From Erysipelothrix inopinata (GTDB lineage: Bacteria; Bacillota_I; Bacilli_A; Erysipelotrichales; Erysipelotrichaceae), in contig NZ_CP060715.1 of NCBI RefSeq assembly GCF_014396165.1, forward strand, positions 1,920,001 through 1,952,000: DNA of 32,000 nt. Reading direction: 5' to 3'. The translations under genes were made by a program, and so were the position numbers. Below the pieces are notes generated by a model. That model was not told the DNA's origin, did not search any database, and worked only from the letters and a program-made list of their open reading frames with translations. Of this stretch, positions 15,271 through 23,888 are shown one piece after another (the first letter of the stretch is position 1; each line of letters starts with the position of its first letter).

Positions 15271-16417
15271 TTGAAGCTGTATCAACACTGGGTGCCTCAT
15301 ATGCAATTTTCGCAATACAATAGTTAATCTTCATATTAGAATGGAAACGATCGTGTTCAACATTGACGATGTTTCCTTTTTCATTTGCAATGATTTCAAT
15401 TATTTCATGCAAGGAACCCGAACGATCTGGAATTTCCACTTTGAACTTAACCAATCGACGTTGTTGGAATAAGGCTCTACTTACTACTTTATTAAGAAGT
15501 TCTATATCGATGTTTCCCCCTGAAAGCACACAAGCGATACGCTTATGCTCAGGAAGTTTATCAAATTTAATTGCCGCAAAAGCTGTCGCTCCTGCTCCTT
15601 CCACAATCATTTTATTCTTTTCCATGATATGTAGAATCGATTCAGATATTTCATAATCGGAAACTGTGATAATATCGTCGACATATTGTTGGGTCATCAT
15701 AAAATTACGAGAACCTGGTTCTTTTACTGCAATCCCATCAGCAATTGTTTCGACATCACTTAAACATTGAATATCTTGGTTCTGTAATGAAGCATGCATG
15801 GAGGCTGCTCCTTCTGCTTCCACACCATACACCTTGCAATGGGGCATTAAGGTCTTGATAACGTAGGCTATACCACTTATCAAACCCCCACCACCAACAG
15901 GTACGACGACTGCATCAAAATCTTTAATTTGTTCAATCATTTCCAATGCCACTGTTGCTTGTCCAGCGATAATATCATCATCATTGAAGGGCGGAACTCC
16001 TACTAATTCGTGGACATCCTTATATGCCTTAGCAACTCGTTTGGCATCATCAAAACAACCTGGAACAAGCTTCACATTTGCACCCATAGCTCTTGTAGCA
16101 GCAATTTTAGATGCTGAGCCACATTCCGGTATAAAAATGGTTGCTTTAATACCAAGGTTTTTTGCTGCATGTGCTACACCTTGTGCATGATTCCCGGCTG
16201 ACCAGGCAATCACACCACGATCTTTTTCTTCTTGCGATAATTGACTTAAGAAGTAGGTTGCACCTCTTAATTTAAATGATCCAGTTTTTTGAAGATTTTC
16301 ACATTTTAGAAATACTTCAACATCTTCTGAGAGACCTTCAGCCTTTACGACTGGTGTCTTAGTCACAATATCTTGTAATACATCATTGGCATCAAATACT
16401 TTATCGATATCTATCAT
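15224..16417 (-). CDS. ilvA: threonine ammonia-lyase (threonine dehydratase) with a C-terminal ACT-like domain
   Basis: PLP lysine motif SFKLRGA and glycine loop GGGGLISG; 397 aa. GAGGGAG SD. Confidence 0.9.
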   Translation of the reverse strand: MIDIDKVFDANDVLQDIVTKTPVVKAEGLSEDVEVFLKCENLQKTGSFKLRGATYFLSQLSQEEKDRGVIAWSAGNHAQGVAHAAKNLGIKATIFIPECGSASKIAATRAMGANVKLVPGCFDDAKRVAKAYKDVHELVGVPPFNDDDIIAGQATVALEMIEQIKDFDAVVVPVGGGGLISGIAYVIKTLMPHCKVYGVEAEGAASMHASLQNQDIQCLSDVETIADGIAVKEPGSRNFMMTQQYVDDIITVSDYEISESILHIMEKNKMIVEGAGATAFAAIKFDKLPEHKRIACVLSGGNIDIELLNKVVSRALFQQRRLVKFKVEIPDRSGSLHEIIEIIANEKGNIVNVEHDRFHSNMKINYCIAKIAYEAPSVDTASIIEKKLQQGGYQILV

Positions 16418-16431
16418 AATAACTCCCTCAT

Positions 16432-16445
16432 TGTAAACGCTAACA
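16432..16445. promoter_or_regulatory. candidate CcpA cre site TGTAAACGCTAACA in the ilvA 5' leader
   Basis: Matches every constrained position of TGWAANCGNTNWCA. It lies between a TATAAT (16467-16472, minus strand) and the SD. Confidence 0.4.
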
Positions 16446-16519
16446 TTTATACTCTTATTATATCGTGATATCTGTAGTTATGATAGATTAGAAACGACTT
16501 ACGACACTTTAACATAATT

Positions 16520-16544
16520 AAAGGCACATCAGAGATGTACCTTT
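16520..16544 (-). terminator. possible terminator hairpin after the acetyltransferase gene
   Basis: AAAGGTACATC-tct-GATGTGCCTTT hairpin on the minus strand. The trailing U-tract is weak. Confidence 0.35.
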
Positions 16545-16552
16545 TAGAGTTC

Positions 16553-17203
16553 TTACTTTATTATTTTGTGATAATACTCATATAATGCATCAACATCCCC
16601 ACTCGATATGAGTGGCAATGCTTTCTCTATTTCAGTTCGTGGCCAACAGTACCACTTCATTTCTAACAGTTTTAACGTTTCAGCGTCTGTAAACCGTTGT
16701 TTAATAAACTTGGCGGGATTGCCTCCTACAAGTGTATAGGGTTCAACATCCTTAGTAACGACACTTCCCGAAGCAATAATTGCGCCATCGCCAATGGTGA
16801 TTCCAGGTAGAATCATGGCATCCATCCCTATCCAAACATCGTGACCAATTCGCGTATTACCCTTTGTTTGGTAAGATTCTTGAATTGTTTCAGCAAACGG
16901 ATATAATGAGATCCAATCTGTTCGGTGGTTATGATTACCGCCCATTAGAATAACAGCACCACTTGCAATCGCTACATAATTACCAATAATCAAACGATCT
17001 AGCTGCCATCCATTCTGTTCAATAGGATTAAATAGGGATTGCGACAGAGCATCACCCCACATGAATCTTACGCATCCATCTTCAAAACTCTTGTGACTAT
17101 AGTATCCTGAATAATAGGAGTACTCTCCTACCTCAATGAGTGGATTTCTTACAATATCTTTTAAATACTTCGGTTGAGACCAATGTTTATAATTTTCATT
17201 CAT
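16553..17203 (-). CDS. xenobiotic O-acetyltransferase (hexapeptide-repeat XAT family; CatB-type chloramphenicol or Vat-type streptogramin A acetyltransferase)
   Basis: [11 protein letters not shown]..., [10 protein letters not shown], hexapeptide run [31 protein letters not shown], and [22 protein letters not shown]; 216 aa. Confidence 0.85.
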   Translation of the reverse strand: MNENYKHWSQPKYLKDIVRNPLIEVGEYSYYSGYYSHKSFEDGCVRFMWGDALSQSLFNPIEQNGWQLDRLIIGNYVAIASGAVILMGGNHNHRTDWISLYPFAETIQESYQTKGNTRIGHDVWIGMDAMILPGITIGDGAIIASGSVVTKDVEPYTLVGGNPAKFIKQRFTDAETLKLLEMKWYCWPRTEIEKALPLISSGDVDALYEYYHKIIK

Positions 17204-17212
17204 TTTTAAAAC

Positions 17213-17249
17213 CTCTCTTCTATAAAATTATGTTTTGGCTAGAAGAGAG
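17213..17249 (-). promoter_or_regulatory. SD-sequestering hairpin (translational attenuator) upstream of the acetyltransferase
   Basis: Perfect 10-bp stem CTCTCTTCTA / TAGAAGAGAG with a 17-nt loop. The right arm contains the AGAGAGG SD of the XAT gene. The left arm covers the last three codons and the stop of the leader ORF. Confidence 0.6.
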
Positions 17250-17295
17250 CACCTGCGGTTGCTACATTTTTGAACTGTTTTAAATAACGGATCAT
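17239..17295 (-). CDS. 18-codon leader peptide MIRYLKQFKNVATAGALF
   Basis: ATG has a GAGGTG SD 5 nt upstream. It lies downstream of a consensus promoter, and its TAG stop sits inside the hairpin's left arm. Confidence 0.5.
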   Translation of the reverse strand: MIRYLKQFKNVATAGALF

Positions 17296-17321
17296 AACGT
17301 CACCTCGTTTTTCACTACACT

Positions 17322-17350
17322 ATTATTCATAAAACTGGCGCAGTTGTCAA
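17322..17350 (-). promoter_or_regulatory. sigma-A promoter for the leader and XAT genes
   Basis: Consensus TTGACA (17345-17350), an exact 17-nt spacer, then AATAAT (17322-17327). Confidence 0.6.
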
Positions 17351-17362
17351 ATCAATGACTTC

Positions 17363-17851
17363 TTAATACCCTAAATCTCTCGTAATTTTATTGATAATTG
17401 ATTCAAGATTGGCATCATCATATATGAGGAATTCATTCTGTAAATTTAAGACATCATTCTCAACCCACCATGCTTTTAATTCTTGCATACCAAACTCATC
17501 AGTTTGTTTCAGAAGATGTCGTTTGTAAGTTGTATCAAAAGAAACATCAAAATAGAAATAGTAGCATTCAACATCTAATGTCTCAAGATCTAATAAGAAA
17601 TCTCTATATTTGGATGAGGTCAGGATTCCTTCAAGAATTATGACCTCATAACGATTGATACCAAAGGAAATAATTTGTTTCATGAGTGGTATTGAATTAT
17701 TATTTACGGTGTCTTTAACATTTAATATATCTCGACGAATGACATCTTGAGATACGATCATCGTCGAAACATTTAATCTATCTCGTAGTGCATGAGCAAC
17801 CGTTGTTTTACCACATCCACTGTTACCTCTTAATATAACTAGTTTTGTCAT
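17363..17851 (-). CDS. small P-loop kinase / AAA_33-like NTPase
   Basis: Walker A GNSGCGKTT near the N-terminus; about 162 aa. ATG 17851 with AAAGGAAAA SD; the track start at 17866 is a TTG. Confidence 0.65.
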   Translation of the reverse strand: MTKLVILRGNSGCGKTTVAHALRDRLNVSTMIVSQDVIRRDILNVKDTVNNNSIPLMKQIISFGINRYEVIILEGILTSSKYRDFLLDLETLDVECYYFYFDVSFDTTYKRHLLKQTDEFGMQELKAWWVENDVLNLQNEFLIYDDANLESIINKITRDLGY

Positions 17852-17867
17852 TATTTTTCCTTTCAAT

Positions 17868-17896
17868 CAAAAAAGGAACTTCACTAGAAGTTCCTA
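17868..17896 (-). terminator. rho-independent terminator after relA
   Basis: AGGAACTTC-tagt-GAAGTTCCT perfect 9-bp stem overlapping the stop codon, followed by T6. Confidence 0.8.
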
Positions 17897-20089
17897 TAAA
17901 ATAACACGACTTACTCGTATCACGCTGTCCACTTTTCTTAAATTCGCAATTAAATTTCTCAGATGTTCAGCATCTTTGACGACAACGCGCATGGTTGTTG
18001 TAACATGAACTTTATCATCATTTACTTCCGAATTTACAGCATTTAATTTAACTTTAAGTTGCGACACTACAGTTACAAGATCCGTAAGCAAGAAGCTCCG
18101 GTCCGTTGATAGTAATGTCAATACAGCTTCATAGCTTCCACTATCAAAGTCTGTATCCCAGTGGACATCAATTAGGCGACTCTTTTCGTTCGCAATATTA
18201 GGGCAGTCACGTCGATGAACTTTAACACCGCTCCCCTTTGTAACATAACCTACGATGTCATCTCCATAAACGGGATTACAACATTGGCTCAGGCTTATCA
18301 TCATGGAGTCGATTCCAGAAACCTTAACACCGATATCACTGCGTGATTTTGATTCTTGATTCCTTTGGAATACTTTCTCAAATTTAGCTTGATCTTCAAT
18401 TGGCGTACGATTAGTATCGAGTTTTTCAAAGAGTGCTGGAATTGATAATGACTTGCTTGCGATAGCAAACATGAGATCATCGGTAGAATTGACTGAAAAT
18501 TGATTTAGAACTGACTCAAATCGTTTGCTACTGCGTAATTCTTTTTCATCAATATTACGACGTTTACATTCTTCTTTAAAGGTTGCTTCCCCTTTAGTAA
18601 TCATATGCTCACGATCGTCTTGTTCTTTTTTAATCATGAAGGAACGAATTTTATTACGGGCATGAGCTGTTTTCACAACCTTAAGCCAGTCTTCACTTGG
18701 AGTTGATTGTTTGTTCGTTCGAATCTGAACGACATCCCCTGTTTTAAGCTTCGTATTCAAGGGAACTAGGGTTCCATTTACAATGGCTCCAACAGTTTGA
18801 TGCCCCACCTCTGTATGAATACGATAGGCAAAATCAATGGGTGTTGCCCCATTAGGTAAATCAATAACACGTCCCTTAGGAGTCATGACGTAAACATTCG
18901 CTTCAAAGATATCTTTTTGAAGCAAATTCATATAATTTTCAGCATCCGAATCAATGTCTTCTGTAATCATATTGAAATCACGAAGCCATGAGAGTCGATC
19001 TTCAATCTCTTTTTGATACGTTTCTTGATTTCTATTTTGACCTTCTTTATAACGCCAGTGAGCAGCAACTCCTCGTTCAGCAATTTCGTCCATTTTATAA
19101 GTACGAATTTGAACTTCAAAAATCATACCATCTTCACCTACTATTGTAGTATGGAGTGATTGGTACATATTCATTTTTGGCATCGCAATATAATCTTTGA
19201 GTCGTCCAGGGATTGGGCGATAGTTTGCATGAATATGTCCTAAGATTTCATAACAGTTCTGTTCTGTTTCAGTAATAATTCTGATTGCTAACAAGTCAAG
19301 AATTTCGTCGAATCGCTTATGTTTGGTCGTCATCTTCTTATAAATTGAATATAAGTGCTTTGAACGACCAAAAATATTAAACTTAATATTATTTTCCATT
19401 AAGAGATTCGCGAAGTTCTCAATCATAATTGAAACTTGAGCATCTCTTTCAGCTTTACGAGAATCAACCATACGCGCAATTTCGTAGTACTTATCGCGAT
19501 GGAGATAAGAGAAACTGATATCTTCGAGTTCATTTTTAATTTCTCCAAGTCCAAGTCTATGGGCAATCGGAGCATAAACATCAAGTGTCTCTGCTGCAAT
19601 TTTTTGTTGTTTTTCAGGACTTTGATATTGGAGTGTTCTCATATTATGTAGACGGTCAACCAATTTAATGAAGATAACTCGAACATCTTTTGCCATCGCA
19701 ATAAAAATCTTACGGTGATTGGCAGCGAGATATTCTTTTTCATCTTTAAATTCAATATTACCAATCTTGGTAACACTCTCAACGAGCTCTGCTATTTCTG
19801 GAGTAAATGCTTTAGCAAGTTCATCCTTTGTGACATCGCAATCTTCAATGACATCATGTAATAAACCTGCAGCAATCGTAGTTGGAGACATTCTTAAATT
19901 AGCAAGGATATAACCAACATGAAGAATATGAATAATATAGGGTTCACCGCTTTTACGGTACTGACCGTCATGTTTTTCTTCAGCATAGTAATAAGCTCTC
20001 GTGATTAAATCAAGGTTTTCAGGCAATGAAATATATTCTTTACACTCATTTAAAACCTTATTAAAATCGATATCTTTCTCATTTTTCAT
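17894..20089 (-). CDS. relA: bifunctional (p)ppGpp synthetase/hydrolase (RelA/SpoT homolog, Rel)
   Basis: HD motif HDVIEDC, synthetase motif RLKDYIAMPKMNMYQSLHT, plus TGS and ACT regions; 731 aa. Confidence 0.95.
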   Translation of the reverse strand: MKNEKDIDFNKVLNECKEYISLPENLDLITRAYYYAEEKHDGQYRKSGEPYIIHILHVGYILANLRMSPTTIAAGLLHDVIEDCDVTKDELAKAFTPEIAELVESVTKIGNIEFKDEKEYLAANHRKIFIAMAKDVRVIFIKLVDRLHNMRTLQYQSPEKQQKIAAETLDVYAPIAHRLGLGEIKNELEDISFSYLHRDKYYEIARMVDSRKAERDAQVSIMIENFANLLMENNIKFNIFGRSKHLYSIYKKMTTKHKRFDEILDLLAIRIITETEQNCYEILGHIHANYRPIPGRLKDYIAMPKMNMYQSLHTTIVGEDGMIFEVQIRTYKMDEIAERGVAAHWRYKEGQNRNQETYQKEIEDRLSWLRDFNMITEDIDSDAENYMNLLQKDIFEANVYVMTPKGRVIDLPNGATPIDFAYRIHTEVGHQTVGAIVNGTLVPLNTKLKTGDVVQIRTNKQSTPSEDWLKVVKTAHARNKIRSFMIKKEQDDREHMITKGEATFKEECKRRNIDEKELRSSKRFESVLNQFSVNSTDDLMFAIASKSLSIPALFEKLDTNRTPIEDQAKFEKVFQRNQESKSRSDIGVKVSGIDSMMISLSQCCNPVYGDDIVGYVTKGSGVKVHRRDCPNIANEKSRLIDVHWDTDFDSGSYEAVLTLLSTDRSFLLTDLVTVVSQLKVKLNAVNSEVNDDKVHVTTTMRVVVKDAEHLRNLIANLRKVDSVIRVSRVIL

Positions 20090-20113
20090 ATGACGACCTC
20101 CCTATCTTATTTT

Positions 20114-20142
20114 GGAAAAAAACGAAGACGTGCTTCGTTTTA
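20114..20142 (-). terminator. intra-cluster terminator/attenuator after apt
   Basis: AACGAAG-cacgt-CTTCGTT hairpin followed by T7. Confidence 0.55.
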
Positions 20143-20652
20143 ATATTGCATAATTGTGTAGATTTCAGTATCCGTTAATTTGTCACGACCATTTAAGTCG
20201 AGGAGTTCAATTAAGAATCCACATCCGACTACTTCTCCACCTAACTCTTTTACTAAAGAGACAGCTGCTTCGATCGTACCTCCTGTAGCGAGTAAGTCAT
20301 CAATGATGAGAACTTTCTGTCCAGGTTTGATGCCATCTTTATGCATGTGAAGTTCATTTGATCCATATTCCAAATCATAAGAATAAGAAATAGTTTCACG
20401 AGGTAATTTCCCAGGTTTACGTACTGGAATAAATCCAATCTTTAATTCATTAGCGACTGGACATCCGAAGATAAATCCTCGGGATTCCGGTCCCACAATT
20501 ACTTCCGCTCCGACTTTCTTTGCAAATTCAACAAAGAGTCTTGTTGCTTCAGCAAATGCTTCACCGTTTGCCATTAGGGGCGTAATATCTCTAAATAACA
20601 CGCCTTCTTTTGGAAAATCCTCAATAGATGCAATATAATTTTTTAAGTCCAT
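20140..20652 (-). CDS. apt: adenine phosphoribosyltransferase
   Basis: PRPP motif [13 protein letters not shown]. Start taken at MDLKNYI (GGAGGAAACT SD), 7 codons inside the track ORF. Confidence 0.95.
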   Translation of the reverse strand: MDLKNYIASIEDFPKEGVLFRDITPLMANGEAFAEATRLFVEFAKKVGAEVIVGPESRGFIFGCPVANELKIGFIPVRKPGKLPRETISYSYDLEYGSNELHMHKDGIKPGQKVLIIDDLLATGGTIEAAVSLVKELGGEVVGCGFLIELLDLNGRDKLTDTEIYTIMQY

Positions 20653-20682
20653 AGTTTCCTCCAAAGTACACAAATCATTATA

Positions 20683-22320
20683 TCATAAATTATTCTTTTT
20701 CCTACTGCGTTTAATATAAATAAATGTTGAGATACCACCCATTGCAATAATTGTGACAAGCAGTCCAATAATCAATGATTTATCATTGGTTCGTGATATA
20801 CGACTGAACGTAATAATATAGTCATTGGAATCGACATTAAAACTAAGGCTATTAGAACTATCGGTTACAATTTCTTGGTTTGTATCAATGAGTTTATTTT
20901 CTTTTTCATCGTATTTATATAAGAAGTGCATGGTAGACAGGTTGGATTCTAGCAGTTCAGCGTCGACGATAACTCCAATTTCTTGTTTAATTGGTTGAAA
21001 TTGAAGACGATAACTCTTACCTCCTACTTTAGGATAAATCTTTGAACTATCTTTAATTTCAGTTAGCGAGTATTTGAGATTCAAATCAGATTTGAGTGGT
21101 TCTTTAATAACAAAACCTACTTGGGGTCTATTTGCACTGTTGATAAGACGCAAGGTTAAAGAATCATACTCAATGCCCTCTAACGTATCTTGAGTTAATG
21201 TTATTGAATCAATGCCATTCATATTTTCTTTCAACAATGCTTCTTCAATAACAATCACTATTTCTGATTCTTTATTTTCACTCACAAATTCTTGAATTGC
21301 CTCTTTTGGAAATTCAAAAGCATACTTCTTACCTTTTTTGTAATCATATTCTTTGGCTGAGAGTACCAATTGGTTTTCATTTGTCTGTTCTACTTCTAAT
21401 GGAATAACGCTGGCTCCGGTATCTGTTTTCTTAGGAATAACATTGACTTTAAGTTCGGTCACAATTCTGCCGATATTTGCTTTAACAGTTGTCGTTCCAA
21501 GTTTGAGTCCGACAAGTTCTTGGTCTTCAATTTCTAGAATAGTAGGATCTTCCACAACTAAAGTTGGCTTAATTTTTGAAGATGTATCATAAGGTACATA
21601 AATTAGTTCGGGAATTTCAATTTTTTCGCCGACAGACACTTCAATTTCTTCAGGATTAAACTTAATTTCGCGAAGGGGCACTGTAACGATAACTTTTACA
21701 GTAGTTTTATTTCCAGTTATTGTTGCGGAAATCGTCGTTTCTCCGATGGATAGTCCCTTAATTTTTCCATTCTCTACAGTCGCCACAGAGGGTTTTGATG
21801 AGTTCCATATGATATTCGACTCACTCAAAGAACTGTTCGATAATGAGTAGTTTAGTGTTGTTTCACTACCACGCACAATGTATACTTCTTGATCCGCAAA
21901 TACAACACTACCCTTCGCTGCTGTCACGGTTACATCAACGGTTTTCTCGATAGTCTTTCCATTTGCTTCTAACACTAATACTACTTGGGTGCTTCCTGCT
22001 TTCACTGCAGTTATAATCCCTTTATTTGAGACTGTCGCAATCGATTCATCCTTACTTGTGAAAGAAAGTTTGTACTCCCCTTCATAGTTTACTTTATAAG
22101 CAATCGTTTCATTTTGACCTTCTGTTAACTGGTAACTTGTTTTGTTAATGGTTAAAGCATTTTCATCCAATTCAACGGGATTATTAGTTGGTGTTTCAAC
22201 ATTAGAAACTTGAGGTTTCAATTCATTTGAGGGACGTTTGTAATCCTCAACATGAACGAGTGATGAGCCTGTTGAAAACAACAAACTGTTTACGATAAGA
22301 CTGACTAAGATTGTTTTCAT
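20683..22320 (-). CDS. surface protein with repeated bacterial Ig-like (Big_2) domains, an N-terminal signal peptide and a C-terminal TM anchor
   Basis: Signal MKTILVSLIVNSLLF. Big_2-like units (...SIATVSNKGIITAVKAGSTQVVL..., ...SVATVENGKIKGLSIGETTISATI...). C-terminal LIIGLLVTIIAMGGISTFIYIKRSRKK. Confidence 0.75.
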   Translation of the reverse strand: MKTILVSLIVNSLLFSTGSSLVHVEDYKRPSNELKPQVSNVETPTNNPVELDENALTINKTSYQLTEGQNETIAYKVNYEGEYKLSFTSKDESIATVSNKGIITAVKAGSTQVVLVLEANGKTIEKTVDVTVTAAKGSVVFADQEVYIVRGSETTLNYSLSNSSLSESNIIWNSSKPSVATVENGKIKGLSIGETTISATITGNKTTVKVIVTVPLREIKFNPEEIEVSVGEKIEIPELIYVPYDTSSKIKPTLVVEDPTILEIEDQELVGLKLGTTTVKANIGRIVTELKVNVIPKKTDTGASVIPLEVEQTNENQLVLSAKEYDYKKGKKYAFEFPKEAIQEFVSENKESEIVIVIEEALLKENMNGIDSITLTQDTLEGIEYDSLTLRLINSANRPQVGFVIKEPLKSDLNLKYSLTEIKDSSKIYPKVGGKSYRLQFQPIKQEIGVIVDAELLESNLSTMHFLYKYDEKENKLIDTNQEIVTDSSNSLSFNVDSNDYIITFSRISRTNDKSLIIGLLVTIIAMGGISTFIYIKRSRKKNNL

Positions 22321-22349
22321 AGCGCCCTCCTTTTTATTATCATATCATA

Positions 22350-23888
22350 CTACGAATTAATTTCTTCAACAAATAGTACTGTCTTATTAGATTCTAAATC
22401 TAAAGAACCCACCAATGATTTGATACCATTTAGTTGGTAACGATCATAGCGTTGGGTGAAGAATACGGCTTCATCAAGCACATAATTATCAAAAATAAAC
22501 TTGAACCCATAACCATTTAAATTAGTAACGCGATAATCAGCAGGTATATCCAGTTGAATCATCGGAAGTTTAAATCCTTCACCGTAAGGTTCAAAAGATT
22601 TGAGGTTATGAATGGCAGACTGAGTAATCCATGCAGGATCAATAGGAATAATTGATTGATTCGTATCTGTTTTTTCATCCAGTGCATCAAATGTATTCTG
22701 AATATCACTTACGAAAGAAGCATAGTATTCCTTTCGCACTGTCATTCCGTATGCAAAGTCATGACCACCCATTCCATCAAAGTATTTAGGATCTAAAGAC
22801 TCAAATAAAACTTGAAGGGATGTCGTCATGGAACGAGCACTTCCCTTATAGTAGGTATCATACTCCGCCAATACAACTGTTGGTTTAAGTGTTTTTTGCG
22901 CAATATGATTGGCTACGATTCCCACGAGTCCTTCATGGAAATTCTCATGCGCAATAATATTAACAGACTGTTTAGAATCTACTTGCGATAATGCAAGTGT
23001 CTGTTGTTGCTTACTATACTTCTTCCGGTATTCATTAAGACTGATTAATTGCTTAGAGTAAGATGTAATTAGCTCATGATCTTGCGATGTCATATAAGTA
23101 ACCACTGTGTTCACGTTTGATTTATCACTCATGCGTCCCACGGTATTGATCTTAGGAATGACTTGAAATGAAAGTAATTTCGCTGTGTATTCGGTTGAAC
23201 GTGTACGCTTTACCAATTGATCAAAATGTTCAAATTGATTGCGATTTAATGCATCAAGTCCTTTAATAACAATTTCTCGGTTTTTACCCCAAAGTGGCAT
23301 TACATCCGCAATGGTTGCTGTTGCTGCCATCGCTGCCATATAATCGTCTGCATAACCCATAGTCTCTGCTAAGCAGTAGATAAGACCTGTAGCACACATG
23401 GTTGCTTCATAAGGACCACAGACATCGGGATGCAAGAATGCACCAACTCTAACCGGTTCATCAATAATATGGTGATCAATAACCGCAACATTCATTCCTA
23501 GTTCATAAGCATAATCTATTTCTTTCTGAGCTTTTACACCATTATCTATAATGAGTAAATCGCGATAACCTTTGTCATACGCTTTTTGAATGGTTTCAAT
23601 TTTGACACCATAGCCTTCTTCAATACGGTTTGGAATATAAAAACCAACATCAAGATTTAATTTACGAGCGAGTAAGACGGCAAGTGATGTCGACATCACA
23701 CCATCACAGTCATAATCACCACAAATCATAAGCTGGGTTGCATGGTCAAAGAAACGAATGCAATCAGTGATTGCTGCATTTTCAACAAGACGATTTTCAG
23801 GGTGTTCAAGTTCATGCCACTGCTCGGGTGTAAGATTCATACTTTCCAGGAGGGTTTGTGTGAGGATATCCATTTCATTTTTTTCCAT
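22350..23888 (-). CDS. recJ: single-stranded-DNA-specific exonuclease RecJ (short DHH/DHHA1 form)
   Basis: DYDCDGV and VIDHH motifs. The recJ-apt-relA neighbourhood is conserved. Confidence 0.85.
   Translation of the reverse strand: MEKNEMDILTQTLLESMNLTPEQWHELEHPENRLVENAAITDCIRFFDHATQLMICGDYDCDGVMSTSLAVLLARKLNLDVGFYIPNRIEEGYGVKIETIQKAYDKGYRDLLIIDNGVKAQKEIDYAYELGMNVAVIDHHIIDEPVRVGAFLHPDVCGPYEATMCATGLIYCLAETMGYADDYMAAMAATATIADVMPLWGKNREIVIKGLDALNRNQFEHFDQLVKRTRSTEYTAKLLSFQVIPKINTVGRMSDKSNVNTVVTYMTSQDHELITSYSKQLISLNEYRKKYSKQQQTLALSQVDSKQSVNIIAHENFHEGLVGIVANHIAQKTLKPTVVLAEYDTYYKGSARSMTTSLQVLFESLDPKYFDGMGGHDFAYGMTVRKEYYASFVSDIQNTFDALDEKTDTNQSIIPIDPAWITQSAIHNLKSFEPYGEGFKLPMIQLDIPADYRVTNLNGYGFKFIFDNYVLDEAVFFTQRYDRYQLNGIKSLVGSLDLESNKTVLFVEEINS

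Noticed and set aside
16418-16552. A T-box, riboswitch or leader-peptide attenuator upstream of ilvA.
   Set aside because: The leader from the putative -10 to the ATG is only about 45 nt. That is too short for a T-box or riboswitch, and no leader ORF is present. Only the cre-like box is notable.
16553-17896. The kinase/acetyltransferase islet considered as a mobile element or integron cassette.
   Set aside because: No integrase, transposase, attC-like site, flanking direct or inverted repeats, or obvious compositional shift is visible.
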